From Chromatiaceae bacterium (GTDB taxonomy: Bacteria; Pseudomonadota; Gammaproteobacteria; Chromatiales; Chromatiaceae): a stretch of DNA of 64,000 nt. Made by a program: the position numbers and the translations under genes. Each line of letters starts with the position of its first letter. Within the stretch, counting starts at the first letter, position 1. The notes under the pieces were generated by a model. It searched no databases and was not told the DNA's origin. It saw nothing but the letters and a program-made list of their open reading frames with translations. Below, in pieces: positions 18,062 through 26,852 of this stretch. The stretch covers positions 28,895 to 92,894 of the forward strand of contig JAJDNF010000086.1 in NCBI GenBank assembly GCA_022340805.1, given 5' to 3'.

Positions 18062-18970
18062 ATGACTCCACAAACCGTAACCGCTGCACGGTCGCCGTTT
18101 GCGCTCGACGATCAGCAGGCCTATGCGAGCTGGCGCGCCACCAAGCTCGCCCAGCGGAGAGTGCCCGAGCCAGTGCTGATCGAGAACCTCGCGGACTTGA
18201 GTGAGGCCGAGCGCGACGCGCTGCTGCGCGCCTGTCGGCCGCGCAACTTCGCGCTGTTCCGTACCCGGCAGCCACACGTCGACGTCGAGCGGGCACTGCG
18301 CAGCTTCGGCCGGCGCATCGGTCTGCTCGACCTCGATCAGAATCTCTGCGCCGAGGACAGCGGGGTCACAGCGATCACGGTCAAAGATACCGGTACCGAT
18401 CACACCTACATACCGTATACCAACCGGCCGCTGGGTTGGCACACCGACGGTTACTACAACGCCGGCGGTGACCAGATACGCGCCTGGCTGCTGTATTGCG
18501 CCCAGCCGGCCGCCGAGGGCGGCGACAACGAGCTGCTCGACCACGAGATCGCGTATATCCGCATCCGCGACGAAAACCCGGAATGGATCAGGGCATTAAT
18601 GGCGCCGGACGCCTTTACCATCCCCGGCAATATCGAGGGCGGTGAGCAGATCCGCCCGGATCACAGCGGGCCGGTGTTCGCGGTGTCGGCCACGGGCGAC
18701 ACCTTGCACATGCGCTACTCGGCGCGCCAGCGCAATGTGGTCTGGAGGGACGACCCGCACACACGCGCGGCGGCGGCCTTTCTGCTCGACCTGTTCAAGC
18801 GCGGTGACGAATTCATCTTCCGGCATCGACTGCAATCCGGCGAAGGCGTCATCAGCAACAACGTGCTGCACCGGCGTGACGGATTCCGCGACGACCCTGC
18901 AGCGGGCGCCAAACGCATGATCTACCGCGCACGCTACTACCAACGCCTGCCGCTACCCAGGGAGGACTGA
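18062..18970 (+). CDS. TauD/TfdA-family 2OG-Fe(II) dioxygenase
   Basis: GWHTDGYYN (HxD), LHMRYSAR, NNVLHRR (distal His/Arg). Confidence 0.85.
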   Translation: MTPQTVTAARSPFALDDQQAYASWRATKLAQRRVPEPVLIENLADLSEAERDALLRACRPRNFALFRTRQPHVDVERALRSFGRRIGLLDLDQNLCAEDSGVTAITVKDTGTDHTYIPYTNRPLGWHTDGYYNAGGDQIRAWLLYCAQPAAEGGDNELLDHEIAYIRIRDENPEWIRALMAPDAFTIPGNIEGGEQIRPDHSGPVFAVSATGDTLHMRYSARQRNVVWRDDPHTRAAAAFLLDLFKRGDEFIFRHRLQSGEGVISNNVLHRRDGFRDDPAAGAKRMIYRARYYQRLPLPRED

Positions 18971-18975
18971 GAGAC

Positions 18976-19164
18976 ATGCTGTACCTGAGCCAGATCCTGA
19001 TCTCGAACCAGGAGGTGCAGAGCTTCGACCAGCTCAAGACGGTCATTAAGGAATTTGCGCGCCAGGGCGAGATGTTCCTGCGCTTCGACGTCAAGCCGCC
19101 CTACCCCGACACGCCCAACGACTGGGAAGACCAGCTCGAGGCAACCTTCAGCAGCAGGTACTGA
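18976..19164 (+). CDS. Small (62 aa) dsr-cluster protein of unknown function
   Basis: GGAGGA just upstream; 5-nt gaps to both neighbours; typical codon usage; DVKPPYPDTPxDWED motif. Confidence 0.75.
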   Translation: MLYLSQILISNQEVQSFDQLKTVIKEFARQGEMFLRFDVKPPYPDTPNDWEDQLEATFSSRY

Positions 19165-19169
19165 GTCCG

Positions 19170-19886
19170 ATGATCGACTATTTCAAACTGGAGAAACTCG
19201 AGGATACCGCGGCCGAATCGCTGCGCAAGCAGCTCGGCCAGCAGGCCCAGCTCGAAGGGGAACTGGTGGAACTGCGCCAGCAACTCGAGCGTCTGCCCGA
19301 GGATGCCCCCGCCGTGCAGCGCGCAGCCCTGCAGCTCGAGATCGGGCGGGCGCTGCAGATCCTCGAGCGCGGCGAGCAGGCCTGGCCGATCGTGCACACC
19401 GCGTTCGGCATCTTCCTTTCCGAGCATGCATGGGGGGCAGCCGCCGACGCCTGCAACGTGCTGTACGAGTCCGACCAGCCGGATTCGCTGATCGCACTGG
19501 GCCACGGCATCTGGCTCGGCGTGACCTTCCCGATCGACCCCGAGGTATCGGTCAACCTGCTCAGCCACGTGGTCGACGATACCCCGGACGATTCGGACGG
19601 CGCCGCGGTCGCCGCCGCCACGGCCTGCTTCATCGCCGATGTCCGGGCCGCGGACGGTGCCGATCGCGACCGTCTGATGTTCTTCGGCCAGCAGTTGCTC
19701 GGCCGCGTTGCGCGCCGCCACAGCGATGTCGAGACCCAGGCCCAGTTCGATCTGTGGATCGAGCGGCTCGAGCTGAACGACCCCGACAAGTTCCTGGTGC
19801 GCCTGCGCAATGTCGTGGATGTGCTGGTGCAGGACCAGTGGTGGTTCGACCGCGACGCGCTGCAGGACCAGATCCCGGGCAATTGA
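19170..19886 (+). CDS. Alpha-helical (TPR-like) hypothetical protein
   Basis: 238 aa, helical/coiled-coil pattern, WLGVTFPIDPE, WWFDRDAL; operonic. Confidence 0.75.
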   Translation: MIDYFKLEKLEDTAAESLRKQLGQQAQLEGELVELRQQLERLPEDAPAVQRAALQLEIGRALQILERGEQAWPIVHTAFGIFLSEHAWGAAADACNVLYESDQPDSLIALGHGIWLGVTFPIDPEVSVNLLSHVVDDTPDDSDGAAVAAATACFIADVRAADGADRDRLMFFGQQLLGRVARRHSDVETQAQFDLWIERLELNDPDKFLVRLRNVVDVLVQDQWWFDRDALQDQIPGN

Positions 19887-19943
19887 CACGCGCGCAACTG
19901 ATGGCAGCGATCGCTGTCTAACCCTGCGAGCGAGGGCATAACC

Positions 19944-20645
19944 ATGTTTTGGCAAGAAGACGACAAACCCAGGTCTGTTGAGGCGCCGGACGACATCGTC
20001 GATCTGGTGTTCGACATCCGTTGCCGCGAACTACCGGTCGACCATGCGCACGACCTGGCCAATGCGATCAGGGCGCATCTGCCGGACATCGAACAGGACG
20101 AGCGGCTCGGCGTGCACAGCATCCACCTGGCCGGTTCGCAGAACGGCTGGGAGCGTCCGGACCCCAGTCTGGGCCAGCGACTCATCCTGTCGCGACGCAC
20201 CAAGCTGACGCTGCGGGTGCCGAAAGAGCGCCTGCAGGAGATCGAGGGCGCGCTGGAAGGCGCCCAACTGGATATCGGCGGCTGCGAACTGACGATCGGC
20301 AGGGCAAAACAGAAAAAGCTGTCCACCCAGGGCACGGTATTTTCGCGCCACGTGGTGCTCGAACCCGGCGAGGAGGTCGACGAAAACGCGTTTCTGCAGC
20401 GCATCGTGTCGCACCTGGGCGAACGCGGCATCCGGGTCAAAAAGGCCCTGTGCGGCAAGACCACTGAGCTGGCCGGGCCACAGGGCCCGATCCAGACCCG
20501 CAGCATCATGATCGCCAGCCTCAGCGCCGACGAGTCGATTCAGATTCAGCAGCAGGGCATAGGCCCGCTGCGCCACATGGGCTGTGGGATTTTCATTCCG
20601 CACAAGGGGATCGACTCGGTCAAAAAGGCCGAAGACGACAACTGA
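19944..20645 (+). CDS. cas6: Stand-alone Cas6 (I-MYXAN Cmx6-like) RAMP endoribonuclease homologue
   Basis: VDLVFDI..LPVDHAHDL, GVHSIH, LILSRRTKLTLRVP, and C-terminal ESIQIQQQGIGPLRHMGCGIFIP = Cas6 G-rich loop GhGx5GhG. Confidence 0.85.
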   Translation: MFWQEDDKPRSVEAPDDIVDLVFDIRCRELPVDHAHDLANAIRAHLPDIEQDERLGVHSIHLAGSQNGWERPDPSLGQRLILSRRTKLTLRVPKERLQEIEGALEGAQLDIGGCELTIGRAKQKKLSTQGTVFSRHVVLEPGEEVDENAFLQRIVSHLGERGIRVKKALCGKTTELAGPQGPIQTRSIMIASLSADESIQIQQQGIGPLRHMGCGIFIPHKGIDSVKKAEDDN

Positions 20646-20680
20646 ATTCGCCCACCCCGTCGCGGCCCACGCGGCGCGGT

Positions 20681-20708
20681 TTAACAAATTCTGATATTCA
20701 AATACAAT
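20681..20708 (+). promoter_or_regulatory. Sigma70-like promoter for the DsrC paralogue
   Basis: TTAACA-N16-TACAAT in an AT-rich patch. Confidence 0.55.
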
Positions 20709-20877
20709 CGCCCGCCAGACGATCGGTACCCTTGGCCTGCGCGGGCCGCGGCGAACCGGCAATCAGGATTCACGCACACCGGGTAGGTCCTGAGCGCCAG
20801 GCCACGCGATGGCGAACCACCCGGGTCACCGCTTCGGCAGATATGCAAAACACTCGTGACACAAGAGGAGCATACAA

Positions 20878-21222
20878 ATGGCTTTGGAAGTAAACGGCAA
20901 AACCATCGAGACCGACGAGCACGGCAACCTGGTCGACCCGACCGCATGGGACGAAGATGTGGCGAAGGCCATTGCCGCGGCGGATGAAACCATGGGTGAG
21001 CTGACCCAGGAACACTTCGACGTGCTGAAATACTTGCGCGACGAATACTTCAACAACAACAGCAGCCAGCCGATGGAACGCCAGATCAACAAGGACATGG
21101 GCAAGATCTGGGGCAAGAAGATCAGCAGCAAAGACCTGTATAACCTGTTCCCGCTGGCGCCCAGCAAACAGGGCAACCGCATCGCTGGTCTGCCGTACAT
21201 CAACCGCAAGGGCGGCTACTGA
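20878..21222 (+). CDS. TusE/DsrC-family paralogue with no cysteines
   Basis: ETDEHGNL..WDEDVA..LTQEHFDVLKYLR..LYNLFP..IAGLP; GAGGAG RBS. Confidence 0.9.
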   Translation: MALEVNGKTIETDEHGNLVDPTAWDEDVAKAIAAADETMGELTQEHFDVLKYLRDEYFNNNSSQPMERQINKDMGKIWGKKISSKDLYNLFPLAPSKQGNRIAGLPYINRKGGY

Positions 21223-21260
21223 TCGGCACAGCCTCGCGGGCCGCATGCCCGCGGGTCCAC

Positions 21261-21289
21261 GAAAAGGCAGCCTGCGGGCTGCCTTTTCG
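21261..21289. terminator. Bidirectional intrinsic terminator
   Basis: GAAAAGGCAGCC-TGCG-GGCTGCCTTTTC between convergent genes. Confidence 0.8.
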
Positions 21290-21305
21290 CTTGTGCGGCG
21301 GGGCG

Positions 21306-21381
21306 GTCCGCAACGCGCGTCGCATCCTACGCCGGGCCGCGTGCCCAACCCGTAGGCTGCAATAGCGCAGCGTATTGCACC
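21306..21381. repeat. Pair of GTAG-type REP-like palindromes in opposite orientation
   Basis: GTAGGCTGCAATA-GCGCAGCG-TATTGCACC at 21352-21381; GTAGGATGCG... on the minus strand starting at 21330. Confidence 0.45.
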
Positions 21382-21388
21382 GCGCGGC

Positions 21389-22060
21389 CTACACCTCCGC
21401 CCACATGCGCAGCAGATTCACATAGGAACGATCGACATTCTTGGCGACATCGCTCTGCGGGTCGCTGCGCAGCAGCTGCTCGCGCGCCTGATCCAGCTCG
21501 TACAGCAGCTCGCGCCGCGCCGCGTCGCGCACGAAACTCTGGATCCAGGTCAGCGCCACCAGGCGCTCGCCGCGGCCGACCTCGGCCACCCGGTGCACAC
21601 TTGCGGAGGGGTAGACCACCGCATGCCCGGCCGGCAGTTTGACCTGCTGCTCACCGAACGGCGTGCGGATCACCAGTTCCCCACCGTCGTAGGTCTCCGG
21701 CGGGTTCAGGAAGATGGTCATCGACACGTCGGTACGAAATTTCGGCCCCTGCCCCATGATCGGGTCGTCGACATGATCGCCGTAGTGCATGCCCGGCTGG
21801 TAGCGGGCGAAGATGAAGTCGGCCACCTTGGCCGGCAGCACCGCGCTGCGAAACACGGCGCTATGGCCGACGCTGGCCATGATGATCCGGTAAAGGCGCT
21901 GCAGCAGCTCCGGATCGAGCGCGAGTTCCTCGTTGTTCTTGACCTTGCTCGCCGCCATGCCGGCGGTCAACCTGCCGTCGACAAAACGGGCCTGGTCGAG
22001 CAGCTCATGGATCTTGTCGAGCTGCGCCGCATTGAGCAGTTCCGGGATCTGTATCAACAT
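21389..22060 (-). CDS. PKHD-type Fe(II)/2OG hydroxylase (YbiX/PiuC family)
   Basis: FVDGRLTAG, KNNEE, YGDHVDD, RTDVSMTIFL, YDGGEL, YPSASVHRV, WIQS, NLLRMWAE; real start MLIQIP. Confidence 0.9.
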   Translation of the reverse strand: MLIQIPELLNAAQLDKIHELLDQARFVDGRLTAGMAASKVKNNEELALDPELLQRLYRIIMASVGHSAVFRSAVLPAKVADFIFARYQPGMHYGDHVDDPIMGQGPKFRTDVSMTIFLNPPETYDGGELVIRTPFGEQQVKLPAGHAVVYPSASVHRVAEVGRGERLVALTWIQSFVRDAARRELLYELDQAREQLLRSDPQSDVAKNVDRSYVNLLRMWAEV

Positions 22061-22171
22061 CGCGCCGCCTAACACCGTGGACAATGGAATCCCGCGGCGC
22101 AAGACCGGGTTTTCGGCGCCACCGAGACCGTAGAATAGGCAGCCGCAACAACGGCTGCCCGGACCAGGACG

Positions 22172-22756
22172 ATGATACTGAAGGTAGTGATCGACGACCA
22201 ATTGCTGGAACTGAACGTGCCCGAGGCGTTCATCGCGCAGGCGCAGGACTTCTTCGCCAAGATGGACGCGGATATGGACCGCGGCTGGCAGGTCAACCGC
22301 GACTGGGTCGAGATGCCCGAACCGATGCTGCGCGCCCAGATCGCTGCAGACAAGTTGTTGACCGCGCTCGAGAACGAGGACCACAAGCTGGGCCGCCTGA
22401 TGGCCGGCTACATCGTCTCGCGGATTCCCAATATCGATACGATCGAGCTGAAGCCGGCCGGCGAGACCCGCGATCACCAGATCAACATCGCCGAGCCGAC
22501 GACCGGCACACAGCCGGGCGCGGCCGCCCCCATCGCCCACGCCGGCATCCCCAAGGGGCTGAGCAAGATGCAGGCGATGGCGCAGGCCGCCAAGGATGTG
22601 AGCAAGGTATTCAAGATGGGCAGGCAGTACCGCTTCTCGGTTTACAACCACGCTACCGAGAGTTGGGAGGAATCACCGGCAATCGCCGACAAGGAGCAGG
22701 CCGAGGCGCTGCGCGAACACGCGTTCAAGGCCCGCTTCGAGGCCCTGTGCGGCTGA
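22172..22756 (+). CDS. Hypothetical protein (two domains joined by a Pro/Ala linker)
   Basis: AGGA RBS; FFAKMDADMDRGWQ motif; typical codon usage. Confidence 0.75.
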   Translation: MILKVVIDDQLLELNVPEAFIAQAQDFFAKMDADMDRGWQVNRDWVEMPEPMLRAQIAADKLLTALENEDHKLGRLMAGYIVSRIPNIDTIELKPAGETRDHQINIAEPTTGTQPGAAAPIAHAGIPKGLSKMQAMAQAAKDVSKVFKMGRQYRFSVYNHATESWEESPAIADKEQAEALREHAFKARFEALCG

Positions 22757-22784
22757 GATCCGTCACGCCGGGCGCCGCGCATTC

Positions 22785-23141
22785 ATGCCTGCGATCGACA
22801 CCGTCACCGCCCCGCTCGTGCTGCGCCATCCCGATGGCCGGGAACAACTGGTCGCCGCCTGCTTCACTCACCCGCTCGGCCTGCTGTATCTGGACCTCTA
22901 CTGGCATCGCTCGACACCCCGGCAGGCGGCCCACCTGATCCGTGGCGAGATCCACGGCGACGGCCCGTGGCGGGTCGGCGAGGCGCGCCTGCGCGTGCTC
23001 GGCTGCCAGCATACCGACCCCCACCTCCAGGATGCGTTCAGCACCTGGCAGCAATACCTGCAGGACCACGCCGAGGCCTACCCGCCGCGCTCGCAGATCG
23101 TCGAGATCGCGCGTCGACTGGGTGCCACCCCAGGCAGCTGA
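22785..23141 (+). CDS. Hypothetical protein
   Basis: 118 aa operonic ORF; FTHPLGLLYLDLYWH, GDGPWRVG. Confidence 0.7.
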   Translation: MPAIDTVTAPLVLRHPDGREQLVAACFTHPLGLLYLDLYWHRSTPRQAAHLIRGEIHGDGPWRVGEARLRVLGCQHTDPHLQDAFSTWQQYLQDHAEAYPPRSQIVEIARRLGATPGS

Positions 23142-23432
23142 CAGCGCGCCCGGGGCCTGCCGCGGATAGAGACCTACCACACCCACGTCGAGGAGTGCCT
23201 CGACCAACACCTGCCGTGGCTGCACCGCGGGTCGCTGCGCTGCATCGCCCGCCGTTTATCGCGCAGCCACTGCGCCGAGGTCAATGCGCTAATCGTGCCC
23301 TCATCGCCGATGTTCGAGGTGTTGCGCGACTGCGCAATCACAACCCCGGCCGAGGTGATTCCAACCGGAATCCCGGGCCGCGCGCGCATCCCGCAATTGG
23401 GCGCCGCGCGTGACCGGGCCGATCTCGGGTGA
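23142..23432 (+). pseudogene. Start-less remnant of a GT4 glycosyltransferase
   Basis: Manual translation: ARGLPRIETYHTHVEECLDQHLPWL...NALIVPSSPMFEVLR...AEVIPTGI (GT4 TYHT/IVPS/VIPTG pattern). Confidence 0.6.
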
Positions 23433-23762
23433 AATCCCTGCGCTACCACTGTGCGCAAGGCGGTGTCCGGGCGCATAATGGGTCGGGATGGGGCATGCAG
23501 CGGCGCGACGCGCCTCCTCCCGGCCAGCCTCGGCGAGATCGCGCATGCCCGAGCGCGGCGAACCGGGAACCTCGGCCGGCAAATGAAGTCGAAGGGCACG
23601 CCGGGGAGCCGCATGCTGCACGGCATCACCGATCGGCAGGCCTGACGATCGTGACGCACGGATTCGCGAGGCAGCTCAAGACCCGCCATGGTCGGCGGGA
23701 CGCCGGAATCCTCCCGATCCGCCAGCGCTAACACCTACCTGATATTGGCCTAGGAGGCCTCC

Positions 23763-24401
23763 GTGTCCGAGAGCTTGAGGTTGAGACCGCACTTTTTGTC
23801 GGCCTGGCTGCGTAATCCGATGCAAATGGGCGCGGTGCTCCCGAGCAGCGACGAGTTGGCCAACGCCATGGCCGCGCAAGTCGATGTCGGTTCGGGGCTG
23901 ACCCTGGAACTGGGCCCGGGGACGGGCGCCGTCACCCATGCCCTGCTGGCCCGTGGCCTTGGGCCGGATCAACTGATCCTGATCGAAAAGGACCCGGTGC
24001 TGGCCGCAGAGCTGGCGCGTCGCTTCCCCGACTTGCGGGTCATGGCCGGCGATGCGGGGCGTCTTCGGCAACTGGTCGATCGCACGGGCCCGACGATCGT
24101 CGACAACGTGGTGTCGAGTCTGCCGCTGCTGAGCATGCGCGGGATAACGCGCACCCGGGTGCTGGCACAGGTATTTGCGGTCATGCCGCCACACGGTAGG
24201 CTGGTGCAATACACCTACTCCCCTGCACCGCCGATTCCCGCGGCACTTGCCCGTGCCCTCGGGGTGAAAGGCAGGCGGGTCGATCGCGTGCTGTGGAATC
24301 TGCCACCGGCGAATGTGTGGGTCTATTCACGCACCCACCGGGCAGCCCAGGTACTCGGCGATCTGCCCTCCGCGACACCCGGCACCCTGTCGACCGCATA
24401 A
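23763..24401 (+). CDS. SAM-dependent phospholipid N-methyltransferase (PmtA-like)
   Basis: GAVLPSS, LELGPGTG, VVSSLPLLS, VQYTY, NLPPA; GGAGG RBS. Confidence 0.85.
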   Translation: MSESLRLRPHFLSAWLRNPMQMGAVLPSSDELANAMAAQVDVGSGLTLELGPGTGAVTHALLARGLGPDQLILIEKDPVLAAELARRFPDLRVMAGDAGRLRQLVDRTGPTIVDNVVSSLPLLSMRGITRTRVLAQVFAVMPPHGRLVQYTYSPAPPIPAALARALGVKGRRVDRVLWNLPPANVWVYSRTHRAAQVLGDLPSATPGTLSTA

Positions 24402-24524
24402 GGCGGGCAGTCGCCGGCCACAGCCGGGGTGGCCCGACCGGGAAGCCGCTGCGGATGCTGGCCCTCTACGCCGCGATGCCGCCTAGCGGCGCGTGACCGG
24501 AAGCCGGCGCGCGCCGACCGCCGC

Positions 24525-25304
24525 TCAACCGGCCTGGTGCATCGCGGCTGCAACGTCGCCGTCAGCTGCATACCTTGCAGCGTGATCGCTCCAGTGCAGG
24601 AGTTCGATGTGGCCATCGAAACGCTCCACCAGCGCCGTGTTGCTCTCCACCCAGTCGCCGCAGTTGTGATAACGGATGCCCTGGATGTCGCGTATCTTGG
24701 CGTGCTGGATATGGCCGCAGACGACACCGTGGACACCGCGCCGCCTCGTCTCGCGCGCGACCGCCCGTTCGAAGTCGCCGATATAATTGACCGCGTTCTT
24801 GACCCTGCGTTTGAGAAAACCGGCCAACGACCAGTAAGCCATGCCGAGGCGGCGGCGCAGCATGTTCAGCTACCTGTTACTGGCCAGCAGCCAGTCATAG
24901 GCGTGACTGCCGAGCCTGGCCAGCCAGGGGTGACAGCTGACCACGCCGTCGAACTCGTCGCCGTGCGGAACCGGCACGCGACGGCCGTCACGGGTCTCGT
25001 GGATCGCCTGTTCGACGATCTCGAGGTTGCCGAAACCTGTCCCGACGTGGTCGCCAAAGACCTCGTCGTGGTTGCCGGGGACGAATTCCACCCGGGTGCC
25101 GTGCTTGGCCTTGCCGAGCCGGATGCGGATCAGGTTGTTGTGTCCCTGAGGCCAGTACAGGCCGCGCTTCATGTTCCAGACATCGACGATATCGCCGCCC
25201 AGGTACGGCGTCTCGCACTCGGTGCTGTGCAGGAATTCGAGCAGCATGTCCGCACTGCAACCGCGAAAACCGAGATGCACGTCCGATATCCACACCTTCC
25301 GCAC
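24525..25304 (-). pseudogene. UDP-2,3-diacylglucosamine diphosphatase-like metallophosphoesterase with an in-frame stop
   Basis: ISDVHLG, GDIVD, GNHD, HGD, CGHIQH, GDWVES; ORFs 24870..25304 and 24525..24863 are in the same frame, split by TAG at 24870-24872. Confidence 0.8.
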
Positions 25305-25452
25305 GCGTCAGGGTCGAAGTCGACTGATGTCTTCCATCACTGATCACCCGTCCTTGCGTAACGACGGGGAGCGTCCCGCGGCGCCGGATGTCACAGCGGT
25401 GGCGTGCAGATGAAGCCGATGCGCACGCACACGGCGTGGCGCGGCCTGCGGC

Positions 25453-26439
25453 TCAATGCCGGTTTGCGGGTAGCGCCTGCGTGCAGCGCGGCTCGTCGCC
25501 CTGCAACGGGACCTTCTGCAAGGTCCGTTTGATCACGTCGACCAGGCCGGGATAATCGCCGCCCGCGATTTCCAGTGCCTGGGTCGCCGCGCTGCGCGCC
25601 TGCGCATGGCAACCGCGTGCGCTGAGCACCTCGGCAAGGTTGTTGTATGCCGCAGCATGGCGTGGGTACTGCCCGATCAGCGCACGATAGGCGGCCTCGG
25701 CACCGTGCTGGTCGCCAGCCACCTGCAGCGCATAGGCCAGCCCGAACTGGGCGACCGGGTTTCCAGGCCAGCGCGTCAGTGCCGCCTGGTAGGCGTCGCG
25801 GCGCGCGTCGGCTGGCAGGTAGCGCTCGGCCTGCGCGACCGCCTGCAGGTAGCGCGCCCGATCGACCACGGCCGGCAGCTCGCCCGGGCGCAGCGCTACC
25901 ATGGCCCAGCTACCGCCCAGCCGCCAACTGCGCAGGAAGGCACGCGCCGGAGTGAACCGGCGACGCTCGGTGCCGGAGCGCAGGATCACACGGTCCTCCC
26001 CGGGTTGGATGCCGATCACCACCGCGTAATGCCAGGCCGGCAGGATGCCAAGCCCGAGGTTTTGCAGGACCAGCACCGGCCGGCCGGCGTCCAGCTCGGC
26101 GCGCAGCGCCGCCAGGCTGGAATCGATGATGTACGGGATGCGTGCGGCGCGGCGCGTCGCCGCCTGCAGCTCGACCTGTAGGCTGCCCTGTCTGGCCGGC
26201 ACGTAGACCTGGTCGGCCAGCACATCCGGATCCGCGGCGACCCCCGCGCTGTGCAGCACGGTCGCGAGTGCAGCCGGACCGCACTGAAAATCGGTCTGCG
26301 GGAAGAATGCGACCTCGGTCAATTCGACCGCTGCCGTGGCCTCCGGTGTCAGCTGCAGCAAGACCGGAGGTTGGGACGCGCAGGCCGTCAGCAGCAGCAC
26401 GGCCGCCATGGCCGTTGCCGCCCGCAGGCCGGCCCCCAT
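25453..26439 (-). CDS. PA2778-family C39-like cysteine peptidase lipoprotein with TPR region
   Basis: Lipobox LTAC; QCGPAALA; GSLQVE; WHYAVV; C-terminal TPR (AYNNLAEVL). Confidence 0.85.
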   Translation of the reverse strand: MGAGLRAATAMAAVLLLTACASQPPVLLQLTPEATAAVELTEVAFFPQTDFQCGPAALATVLHSAGVAADPDVLADQVYVPARQGSLQVELQAATRRAARIPYIIDSSLAALRAELDAGRPVLVLQNLGLGILPAWHYAVVIGIQPGEDRVILRSGTERRRFTPARAFLRSWRLGGSWAMVALRPGELPAVVDRARYLQAVAQAERYLPADARRDAYQAALTRWPGNPVAQFGLAYALQVAGDQHGAEAAYRALIGQYPRHAAAYNNLAEVLSARGCHAQARSAATQALEIAGGDYPGLVDVIKRTLQKVPLQGDEPRCTQALPANRH

Positions 26440-26468
26440 ACACGCCCCCTGCGTGATCCCGGACGATC

Positions 26469-26852
26469 TCAGATCTTGGTGAAGATGTTAGTCACACCGA
26501 CCAGTTCGAGAATCAGCAGAACCACGAACACCACGCCGATCACGGCCAGCAGGTCGCCGCCCGCGGGCAGTTCGTCGAGCTTAAGCGACAGCATCTGCAG
26601 TTCTTCGCTGCTCAGCGCGGCGACACGCGCGTCCACCTCGCCCGGCGAGACGCCGCGCGCAAGGAACTGCGCACGCAGGTCGTCACGCGCCAGCTGTTCC
26701 TGGACACGCGACAACAGTTCACCGCGCTGCTCCTGCTGCAAGACGGTGTCGGTGCCGATCGGCGCCGCCAGGCCCGCAGCGGGCAGACCGACCAGGCTCA
26801 TCGACACGATCAGCAGCGCCACCACGATCTCTTTCAACCGTCCGTTCATCAC
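26469..26852 (-). CDS. PA2779-family protein
   Basis: Signal peptide; RVAALSSEEL..LPAGG + C-terminal TM; usual partner of PA2778. Confidence 0.85.
   Translation of the reverse strand: MMNGRLKEIVVALLIVSMSLVGLPAAGLAAPIGTDTVLQQEQRGELLSRVQEQLARDDLRAQFLARGVSPGEVDARVAALSSEELQMLSLKLDELPAGGDLLAVIGVVFVVLLILELVGVTNIFTKI

Noticed and set aside
18976-19164. Calling the 62-aa protein DsrC or DsrD
   Set aside because: No DsrC motifs or cysteines and no recognisable DsrD winged-helix signature
20646-21400. CRISPR array next to cas6
   Set aside because: No equal-length direct repeats with unique spacers were seen here or anywhere else in the window
22061-22651. N-terminal ORF extensions (also 40527-41441, 58293-58841, 53964-54359, 35990-36196)
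   Set aside because: Most overlap genuine genes or non-coding sequence; family homology and/or RBS point to the downstream starts
23583-23750. Diacylglycerol kinase (dgkA) remnant
   Set aside because: Only vague N-terminal similarity; too degraded to support
24870-24872. TAG read-through (pyrrolysine or recoding)
   Set aside because: The position fits a Trp codon one base from TAG, other motifs are eroded, a neighbouring gene is also decayed, and no pyl genes are in the window
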